From the NCBI GenBank assembly GCA_964478075.1, contig CAYZGO010000008.1:37284-101283 (forward strand): a DNA stretch of 64,000 bases. Direction: 5' to 3'. The translations under genes and the position numbers were made by a program. The first letter of the stretch is position 1. Each line of letters starts with the position of its first letter. The notes under the pieces are model-generated. The model was not told the origin of the DNA. It did not search any database and worked only from the letters and a program-made list of their open reading frames with translations. This document shows, in pieces, positions 57,535 through 64,000 of the stretch. Origin of the DNA: an uncultured Anaerolineales bacterium. Its GTDB lineage: Bacteria; Chloroflexota; Anaerolineae; UBA2200.

Positions 57535-58281
57535 GTGGGCAGCAAGAGAGGCTTTGAACTCTACTTGGACAAGATCCAAGCCACGATGGACGAGGTCAGA
57601 GAGAAGCAAGCGACGGATATCCTCAAGGCGGCAGAAATGATCGCCGCGTCGCTGGCCCAAGGAGGTATCCTCCACGTCTTCGGCACTTCTCACTCCCAAC
57701 TGTTGGCCCAGGAGATCTTTTACCGAGCGGGCTGTCTGGCGCCCACTAACGCTATAATCGAGCCAGCGTTGGGGCTACGAAAGGCAAGCGAAAACTGCTA
57801 TTGGTACGAGCGTCAAGAAGCTTACGGTAAAGTGGTCTTTGACTCCTATGGGATGGAGACCGGCGATGTTATCCTCGTCATCTCTACCTCGGGGCGCAAT
57901 GAGGTGCCTGTGGAGGTAGCTCTGCAAGCGAAGAAGCAGGGCCTAAAGGTCATCGCCCTATTGTCGCTGCCCTATTCCACCAGTGTCCAGGCTCGGCACT
58001 CCAGCGGAAAGAAGCTCTCTGACATAGCTGATGTAATCCTGGACAACCGAGCCACGTTGGGAGATGCAGCCATAGAACTGAGGGGCATCCCTTACAAAGT
58101 AGGTCCTACCTCAGGGGTCATTGGCGCTGCTATCCTCCAGTCATTGGTAGTGCAGGTCGTGGAGACTCTGGCTGGAAGACGGGTGGAGCCTCCCATTTGG
58201 GTTTCCATCAACCTGCCGGGGGGAGCTGAAATCAACGCCGAATATCTGGTGAGATATAAGGGTAGGATCAAGAATCTGTGA
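57535..58281 (+). CDS. SIS-domain protein (paralog 1)
   Basis: GGILHVFGTSHSQLLAQEIFYRAG sugar-isomerase-type phosphosugar-binding fold. About 45% identical to the 59589-60332 protein. Confidence 0.7.
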   Translation: MGSKRGFELYLDKIQATMDEVREKQATDILKAAEMIAASLAQGGILHVFGTSHSQLLAQEIFYRAGCLAPTNAIIEPALGLRKASENCYWYERQEAYGKVVFDSYGMETGDVILVISTSGRNEVPVEVALQAKKQGLKVIALLSLPYSTSVQARHSSGKKLSDIADVILDNRATLGDAAIELRGIPYKVGPTSGVIGAAILQSLVVQVVETLAGRRVEPPIWVSINLPGGAEINAEYLVRYKGRIKNL

Positions 58282-58298
58282 AGCTCAGGGAAAAACCT

Positions 58299-59456
58299 AT
58301 GCGTAGGATCATCATCGCCAATGGCCGAGTGATCACCCCATGGCAAGTTCTGGAAAAGGGCCTGGTGATTGTTGAAAATGGAAAGATCGTCGAGCTCAGG
58401 AAGGGCTTTGGGCTGCCCGAGGAGTCACAGGCGACCATCATTGACGCCACAGGGAAGACGGTGGCCCCTGGCTTCGTTGACATCCATGTCCACGGCGGGG
58501 TGGGCCACGACACCATGGATGCCACCCCACAAGCCATCCAGGAGATGGCGCAGTTCTTCGCCAGCCACGGCGTGACGGGCTTCCTTCCCACCACAGTGAC
58601 AGCGCCCAGGGAGGCGATCCTTGCGGCTGTTGAGAACGCGGCCACGTGCCAAAAGGAGCAAATCAGCGGCGCGCAAGTGCTAGGTATACACTTGGAGGGG
58701 CCTTACATCAATCCCAGCAAGCCAGGTGCTCAGCCCGTGCAGTTCATACGGCCCGCCGACCCTGATGAATACCGTGAATTCTTTGCCTGGGATAACGTCA
58801 GGTTGATCAGCCTTGCGCCGGAGATTCCTGAGAACCAGAAGCTCATCACTTATGCACTTCAACGGGGAGCAACGGTAGCAGTGGGCCACTCTGCAGCCAG
58901 CTACGATCAAGTACTGGCGGCCGTAGGGTTGGGTCTGAACCACTCGATACATACGTTTAATGGCATGGTAGGCCTCCACCATCGCAAGCCGGGAACTGTT
59001 GGGGCGGTGCTGACCTGCGACAAGATCACGGCTGAAGTGATCGCCGATTATGTCCATGTCCATCCAGCGGTAATAAAGCTACTGGTGCGAGCCAAGGGCG
59101 TGGAGCGAACGGTGCTGATGACGGATGCTATTCGAGCTGCAGGCATGCCAGACGGAATCTACGACTTGGGAGGGCAGCAGGTGACTGTCAAGCAGAGGGT
59201 GGCCAGGATCGCCACAGGGAGCCTGGCTGGAAGCACTCTGACTATGGATAGAGCAGTGCGCAACGCGATGGCGGCAGCCGACCTCACTTTGAGCGAGACC
59301 TTGCAGATGGCCAGCTACAACCCAGCACAAGTTATTGGAGTGGAGAGGAAGAAAGGCAGCCTGGAGCCAGGCAAGGATGCGGATATCGTCTTACTGGATA
59401 GCGAACTCGAAGTAGTTCTGACTATGGTCGGCGGCAGAGTTGTGTATCAGGCCTGA
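58299..59456 (+). CDS. nagA: N-acetylglucosamine-6-phosphate deacetylase
   Basis: APGFVDIHVHGG...metal ligands; GFLPTTVTAP; NagA length. Confidence 0.9.
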   Translation: MRRIIIANGRVITPWQVLEKGLVIVENGKIVELRKGFGLPEESQATIIDATGKTVAPGFVDIHVHGGVGHDTMDATPQAIQEMAQFFASHGVTGFLPTTVTAPREAILAAVENAATCQKEQISGAQVLGIHLEGPYINPSKPGAQPVQFIRPADPDEYREFFAWDNVRLISLAPEIPENQKLITYALQRGATVAVGHSAASYDQVLAAVGLGLNHSIHTFNGMVGLHHRKPGTVGAVLTCDKITAEVIADYVHVHPAVIKLLVRAKGVERTVLMTDAIRAAGMPDGIYDLGGQQVTVKQRVARIATGSLAGSTLTMDRAVRNAMAAADLTLSETLQMASYNPAQVIGVERKKGSLEPGKDADIVLLDSELEVVLTMVGGRVVYQA

Positions 59457-59588
59457 TGGTGGCTGCGTGGACTGCAGTTCTCCGCGTAGACACAATCAGC
59501 AATCAGACCTCTAGTTCCTTTTTTCTTCTCTCCCCGCAAGTGGGGAGAGGCGGTTCAATTTACAAGTCACAACAGGAGGTAGGCAAGA

Positions 59589-60332
59589 ATGCTAGCTAAG
59601 GAGTATTTGAAGAGGGCTTCGGCTCTTCTCAAGAAGATCGAGGAGAGCGAGCTGGACAAGATCGAGGAAGCTGCTGAAATCATCACCCAGGCCATCATAG
59701 ATGGCCACATGCTCTTCGCCTTTGGCTGTAGCCACTCGGCACTCCCGGTACAGGATATCTTCTACCGAGCAGGGGGCCTGATGTTGGTCAACCCCATCTT
59801 TGGCCCCGGTATGTTACTGGAGGATTATCCCACCACCTTCACGTCTAAGATGGAGCGTCTGGAGGGTTACGGCAAGCTGTTGCTTGATAGGGTAGCTACC
59901 AAGGCGGGTGATGTGTTGATCTTGGTCTCAGTATCAGGGCGCAACGCTGTGCCAGTTGATATGGCCATGGCCGCTAAAGAGAGGGGAATGAAGGTCATCG
60001 GCTTGACCTCTATGGAGTACACTAACGGCGTCAGTTCCCGTCACTCGAGCGGGAAAAAGATGTATCAGCTGGTAGACGTGGTGATTGACAATCCGGTTCC
60101 CCTTGGAGATGCTATCCTAGAGGCCGAGGAAGTGCCGCAGAAGTTCTGTCCTGTCTCAGGGGTCACTAGTTGTGCTATCCTCCATGCCCTCATGGCAGCG
60201 ACAGTGGAGAAGCTTGTGGCTAAGGGATTCACACCTCCGATTTACCTGGCTGCCAATGCGCCAGGTGGAGACGAGTACAACAAGCGATTGTTGGCCGAAT
60301 ACAAAGACCGCATGCTCTATGGTCTCCATTGA
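59589..60332 (+). CDS. SIS-domain protein (paralog 2)
   Basis: MLFAFGCSHSALPVQDIFYRAG; same architecture as paralog 1. Confidence 0.7.
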   Translation: MLAKEYLKRASALLKKIEESELDKIEEAAEIITQAIIDGHMLFAFGCSHSALPVQDIFYRAGGLMLVNPIFGPGMLLEDYPTTFTSKMERLEGYGKLLLDRVATKAGDVLILVSVSGRNAVPVDMAMAAKERGMKVIGLTSMEYTNGVSSRHSSGKKMYQLVDVVIDNPVPLGDAILEAEEVPQKFCPVSGVTSCAILHALMAATVEKLVAKGFTPPIYLAANAPGGDEYNKRLLAEYKDRMLYGLH

Positions 60333-60355
60333 AGGTGAGAAGTAGAGGGAAGTCT

Positions 60356-61414
60356 ATGGCTGAAAAGGGCATTCACACTCTGGCAGAGATACTAGGGCAG
60401 ACGGTGGCCTGGAAGGCTATTGGGGAAGAGGTCTCTGATAAGGCAGCACGCTTTGCCGATGTCTTGGACAAAGGTGCCTTTCGTGAGGTCATCTTCACTG
60501 GCTGCGGATCCACCTACTATGCTTCACTGACAGCAGCACCTATCTTCCAAGAGCTGACGGGCCTCAGGTCCCGCGGCCTGCCTTCTTCGGAGCTGTTCCT
60601 TTTTCCCAGCTCATCTCTGATCAGAGAGGGGCCGACTTTGTTGGTGGCCATTTCCCGCTCCGGTCAGACCACAGAGACGCTGAGAGCAGTAGGCAGCTTC
60701 AAGCAGAACTGGGGTAAGGATGTCATAGTGATCACTTGCCATGAAGACAGCCCGCTATCTGCTGTGGGCTCGCTCAGCCTGATTGCCCGAGAAGCAGAGG
60801 AGAAGAGCATCGCTCAGACCCGCTCTTTCACCAGCATGCTGGTCGCTGCCCAGGCTCTGGCGGGAATAGCTGCTGGACGCACTGATTACCTCGACCAGCT
60901 ACGAGCTCTACCGCCACTGGGCGCGAAGCTGATCGCCAGCGAACAGGCGTTGGCCAAGCGTCTAGGCGAAGATCATCGTATCACCAAGTTCTTCTTCCTT
61001 GGCTCCGGACCCAACTATGGCCTGGCCTGCGAAGCCATGCTGAAGATGAAAGAGATGTCTCTCTCCCACTCAGAGGCTTTCCGCTTCATGGAATTCCGCC
61101 ACGGGCCAAAGTCCATGGTGGACGAGGCTACCCTGGTGATAGGTCTCGTATCCGACTCGGCCTGTGAGCACGAGGTAGCAGTCCTGCGCGAGGTAAAGGA
61201 ACTGGGGGCCAGGATATTTATCCTTGCCGAGGAAGAAGAACCGGCGGGCTGGGGAGACTCCGATTACTCAGTTTGCTTTCGTTCAGGGCTCTCAGACCTA
61301 GCACAAGCCGTACTCTACCTGCCGGTTCTGCAACTCCTGGCCTACTATAGGGCCATAGCCAAAGGACTAAATCCGGACAAGCCGAAAAACCTTGAATACG
61401 TGGTCAAACTGTAG
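60356..61414 (+). CDS. Double-SIS sugar-phosphate isomerase/deaminase (AgaS / GlmS-isomerase-domain-like)
   Basis: Two SIS domains (GCGSTYYASL...SRSGQTTETL; LGSGPNYGLACEAMLKMKEMS). Start placed at the ATG with an AGAGGGA RBS. Confidence 0.75.
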   Translation: MAEKGIHTLAEILGQTVAWKAIGEEVSDKAARFADVLDKGAFREVIFTGCGSTYYASLTAAPIFQELTGLRSRGLPSSELFLFPSSSLIREGPTLLVAISRSGQTTETLRAVGSFKQNWGKDVIVITCHEDSPLSAVGSLSLIAREAEEKSIAQTRSFTSMLVAAQALAGIAAGRTDYLDQLRALPPLGAKLIASEQALAKRLGEDHRITKFFFLGSGPNYGLACEAMLKMKEMSLSHSEAFRFMEFRHGPKSMVDEATLVIGLVSDSACEHEVAVLREVKELGARIFILAEEEEPAGWGDSDYSVCFRSGLSDLAQAVLYLPVLQLLAYYRAIAKGLNPDKPKNLEYVVKL

Positions 61415-61432
61415 CTACAGAGAGAGAGACAG

Positions 61433-62284
61433 ATGATTGATTTCCACACCCATCCCCTATTGGTGCAGGAGATCTTTGAACGGGAACCAGACCTGCATCG
61501 TGTTGCCCGCGAGGTCTTCTATATCCGCAATAGGCCCCAGCCCCTGGAGACTTTTCTCTTGGAGCTGGATGTCTCTGGGCTCGATCGAGCGGTGCTGTTG
61601 CCCATTGATGCCTCGACGACCAAGGGATGCCAGATTTGCTCCAACGAGCTGATCGCAGAGTTGTGCCAGATGAGCGACCGCTTCATCGGCTTTGCCAGCG
61701 TAGACCCCCACAAAGAGAGCGCAGTAGACGATCTCGAGCACGCCGTGAAGGATCTGGGACTGCGAGGGCTCAAGCTGTCACCACCCACCCAGGAATTCTA
61801 TCCCAATGACGCTGAACTGGCCTATCCCATCTATGAGAAGGCCCAAGACTTTGGTCTCCCTGTCGTCTTCCATGCTGGCATGAGCTGGGAACCTCGGGTT
61901 AAGGCTAAGTATGGTCAGCCCATCTATTTGGAGGACGTGGCATATGACTTCCCGGACCTCAACATCGTTATCGCTCACTTTGCCTGGCCCTGGGTCCTTG
62001 AGGCAGTGATGCTGGCTTTGAAGTATCCGAACGTGTACATTGACACGTCTTGCCTGTATTTTGACAATCCAGTCGCTTTCATGCGCTTTGTGATCGGTGG
62101 ACAAGTGCCGGTGAGCGTGATTGAAAAGAGCCTACGCTACAAGGTCGTATTTGGGTCTAACTACCCACGGGTCGAGATCAAGAACATGGTCAAGGCGGTG
62201 AAGAGCCTGGGGCTGAGCGATGGGTGCTTGAAGTTGATCTTTGAAGAGAATGCCAGAAGATTGCTAGGGGAGATATCGGGGTGA
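61433..62284 (+). CDS. Amidohydrolase-2 family metal-dependent hydrolase (TIM barrel)
   Basis: MIDFHTHP... N-terminal HxH and HFAWPW motifs. Confidence 0.7.
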   Translation: MIDFHTHPLLVQEIFEREPDLHRVAREVFYIRNRPQPLETFLLELDVSGLDRAVLLPIDASTTKGCQICSNELIAELCQMSDRFIGFASVDPHKESAVDDLEHAVKDLGLRGLKLSPPTQEFYPNDAELAYPIYEKAQDFGLPVVFHAGMSWEPRVKAKYGQPIYLEDVAYDFPDLNIVIAHFAWPWVLEAVMLALKYPNVYIDTSCLYFDNPVAFMRFVIGGQVPVSVIEKSLRYKVVFGSNYPRVEIKNMVKAVKSLGLSDGCLKLIFEENARRLLGEISG

Positions 62285-62712
62285 AGATCAAGCTGGGAAA
62301 GCTAGAGGTTCAGAGCAGAGGGGATAAAGAACTGATTGATATCACCCCTGAGGTGGAGCGAGTAGTGCGGGATAGTGGGGTTAAAGAAGGTGTAGTCAAT
62401 ATCCTGACTATGCATACGTCTTCTGGCATCATCGTCACCGAGGGCCTACCTTGCTTGGAGATGGATGTGCTGAATCACTTGGAGGTATTGGCTCCCGAGG
62501 AGGGGGACTATTATCATAACCGGTATCTGGATATTGACGGGCGGTTGGGGTTCAATGCCGGTGCCCACTTAAAGAGCATTCTTGGTGGCATAAGCGCTTT
62601 CTTCCCTATTGAAGATGGCCAGATAGTGAAGGGGTCTCGTCAGCGCATCTACTTCGCCGAGTACGATGGTCCTCTGTGCCGTACCTACTGCGTGCAAGTA
62701 ATGGGCGAGTGA
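62281..62712 (+). CDS. yjbQ: YjbQ/UPF0047 family protein
   Basis: ILTMHTSSGIIVTEGLPCLEMDVLNHLEVLAPEE...GAHLKSILGG matches the YjbQ signature. Its GTG overlaps the upstream stop (GTGA). Confidence 0.75.
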   Translation: MKIKLGKLEVQSRGDKELIDITPEVERVVRDSGVKEGVVNILTMHTSSGIIVTEGLPCLEMDVLNHLEVLAPEEGDYYHNRYLDIDGRLGFNAGAHLKSILGGISAFFPIEDGQIVKGSRQRIYFAEYDGPLCRTYCVQVMGE

Positions 62713-62904
62713 GTTAACTGATAACGTCAATCCCTCCTCCTTGCGGGTGGTGAGCGTGACTTCTTGCGCAGCGATCGATTCGCCACAGCGGGAATTACTG
62801 CCCCAACATGGCACGAGATGGCAATAGGAGCAACTGAGGCAGGACGACTGAGAAGAGTGTCAGGCGTCCTATTGGCTGAAAGGTTGCTGCACTACAAAGA
62901 TCCC

Positions 62905-63804
62905 CTACCGTAAGAGCGACATGGACATCGTTCTGTATGTATGCCTTCTACCACGCAAGGCAATAGAGTCTTCCATGATGTTTTGAGGCACCGCAATAGA
63001 TATAGAGAAGCCCCCCTCACCGATTTCGTGAACATCCGCGCCAGTCATCTTGGCCTCAAGCGCGATTCGGCGCATAACATCTGTAGAGCTACCTTCCACG
63101 GAACGAATCATGACTAACCAGGCCAGTGCGCCTTCCTCATGTACCAATGTAACTAGCTCACGAACGGCTTCAGTAGTCCACCCTGGTGAAGCTCCAGGCA
63201 TGGGCAGGGCTATTGCATCACACCTTGCAGCCTGGAATGCTCTGATGTCATCGGGAGTAACCAAGTTCATTCCTGTTTCATTAGGAATGCCGGACCCCAC
63301 CGGCTTCCCTGAAACAGCGAACACTCGATCCCCAAGTTCATCTCTGATAGCAGATGTAGCCTCTGCGATCGCCTTATTAGTCACTGCTGTTCCGGGAGTT
63401 CCTGTTACGAATACAATATCAGCCCCTTGAGCAACAGCTTTCTGGGCATTCTCTGGCGTTGCTAAACGGCCATGATCCCCTGCGGCAAAGTTTCTTGCCG
63501 GTTCTAAGTCTAGCCCTACAGGCCGTCCAACCAGGCGGTTGACCTCCTTGATTGTGACCCCAATTCCACTGGGCGCTTCCCAATCCGACTCAAGATCAGG
63601 TTTCTCGCCAGCCGATGGCAAGCCGGATACTACGGGATGATCCACGTTGTAACGGTTAACGATGACAATATCTGCCGCCATGGCAGCGGCGAGCTCCGCA
63701 TTAGTGACTCCATCAATCAGTGGAGGTACCCTGCATACGACCTGAGCGGCTACAGTCCTTCCCTCCGCTGCCCTGATGCTTTCCACTGGCTCCGTAGGAC
63801 TCAT
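62905..63804 (-). CDS. Hypothetical protein, possibly a TIM-barrel (weak resemblance to BtpA/SgcQ-type proteins)
   Basis: GADIVFVTGTPG and alternating beta/alpha character. No confident family assignment from sequence alone. Confidence 0.4.
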   Translation of the reverse strand: MSPTEPVESIRAAEGRTVAAQVVCRVPPLIDGVTNAELAAAMAADIVIVNRYNVDHPVVSGLPSAGEKPDLESDWEAPSGIGVTIKEVNRLVGRPVGLDLEPARNFAAGDHGRLATPENAQKAVAQGADIVFVTGTPGTAVTNKAIAEATSAIRDELGDRVFAVSGKPVGSGIPNETGMNLVTPDDIRAFQAARCDAIALPMPGASPGWTTEAVRELVTLVHEEGALAWLVMIRSVEGSSTDVMRRIALEAKMTGADVHEIGEGGFSISIAVPQNIMEDSIALRGRRHTYRTMSMSLLR

Positions 63805-63872
63805 TCTTTGGAATTCCGTAGCGGTTACATCTGTTATGCGCTTGACTATCTTAGCCTCTTTGTCGCACCTTA

Positions 63873-64000
63873 GAACGCAAAGGCCCGCTTGGGGTTGTTT
63901 ATCAAAAAGCTGTCAATATCTTCTTCTGCTATCCCTTCCTCTCTTAACCGGGGGATGAATCTTTCCAGAATATATACATATCCAGGCCCTCCACCATATG
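63873..64000 (-). CDS. 3' end of a gene whose C-terminus resembles the amidohydrolase superfamily (phosphotriesterase/TatD-like); the gene continues beyond the window
   Basis: Frame reading ...GYVYILERFIPRLREEGIAEEDIDSFLINNPKRAFAF, then a stop at about 63870. Confidence 0.35.

Noticed and set aside
59505-59560. Hairpin CTCTCCCCGCAAGTGGGGAGAG between nagA and the second SIS gene, considered as a terminator
   Set aside because: The T-tract precedes and does not follow the stem on the plus strand, and an A-tract follows on the minus strand. It is not a canonical intrinsic terminator in either orientation; it may be a processing or stability element.
1-64000. Search for tRNA, rRNA, integrase or transposase genes that would mark a mobile island
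   Set aside because: No cloverleaf-like conserved tRNA boxes, rRNA-like stretches, or recombinase/transposase motifs were seen in any intergenic region or ORF. Gene mobility here appears limited to small non-autonomous repeats.

Overview
Reading the sequence directly, this 64-kb window looks like high-GC bacterial chromosome, apparently from an anaerobe (tungsten-type aldehyde:ferredoxin oxidoreductase, Mop-like molybdo-aldehyde oxidoreductase, Fe-alcohol dehydrogenase). The Firmicutes/Chloroflexi-style heat-shock block hrcA-grpE-dnaK-dnaJ-prmA-rsmE with a perfect CIRCE operator would fit a Chloroflexi-like organism, but I cannot confirm that. No rRNA, tRNA, CRISPR array, transposase or integrase is visible. 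Housekeeping content: adenine deaminase, maf, tsaE/tsaB/rimI, an EF-G paralog, a DinG exonuclease-helicase, dnaN, asnS and a GH1 beta-glucosidase. Accessory content: (1) a secreted cell-surface cluster (VIT-vWA protein, two LysM proteins, one with a polyproline linker and a Trp/Tyr/Cys tail); (2) an exopolysaccharide-type pair (WbaP-like priming transferase, GT4); (3) a 1349-aa YfhO-like glycosyltransferase fused to a Wzx/MOP-type flippase; (4) an amino-sugar locus (DeoR, ascorbate-family PTS IIB/IIC/IIA, two paralogous SIS proteins, NagA, AgaS-like isomerase, amidohydrolase, YjbQ); (5) a Rph-like PEP-utilizing enzyme. The most system-like unexplained region is 36.7-41.8 kb. It holds a 1083-aa STAND-ATPase/TPR regulator ending in a SARP-type wHTH+BTAD domain, divergent from a DUF2085 gene. 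Immediately downstream is a four-gene cassette: an unannotated 47-aa membrane peptide, a 204-aa membrane protein, a 71-aa NHLP/Nif11-like small protein and a REC-only response regulator. The regulator and the cassette promoters share a CTGTGTTATAAT motif. The window also contains three non-coding repeat families: a roughly 68-88-nt palindromic REP/MITE-like element in three copies; a 51-nt nested-hairpin element in two copies with compensatory G-U changes; and related 33/60-nt tandem arrays flanking maf in inverted orientation. Two gene remnants (an E2 acyltransferase fragment, and a hydantoinase paralog fragment abutting the dnaN promoter) suggest past rearrangements. All coordinates not taken from the ORF track were hand-indexed and may be off by 1-2 nt.
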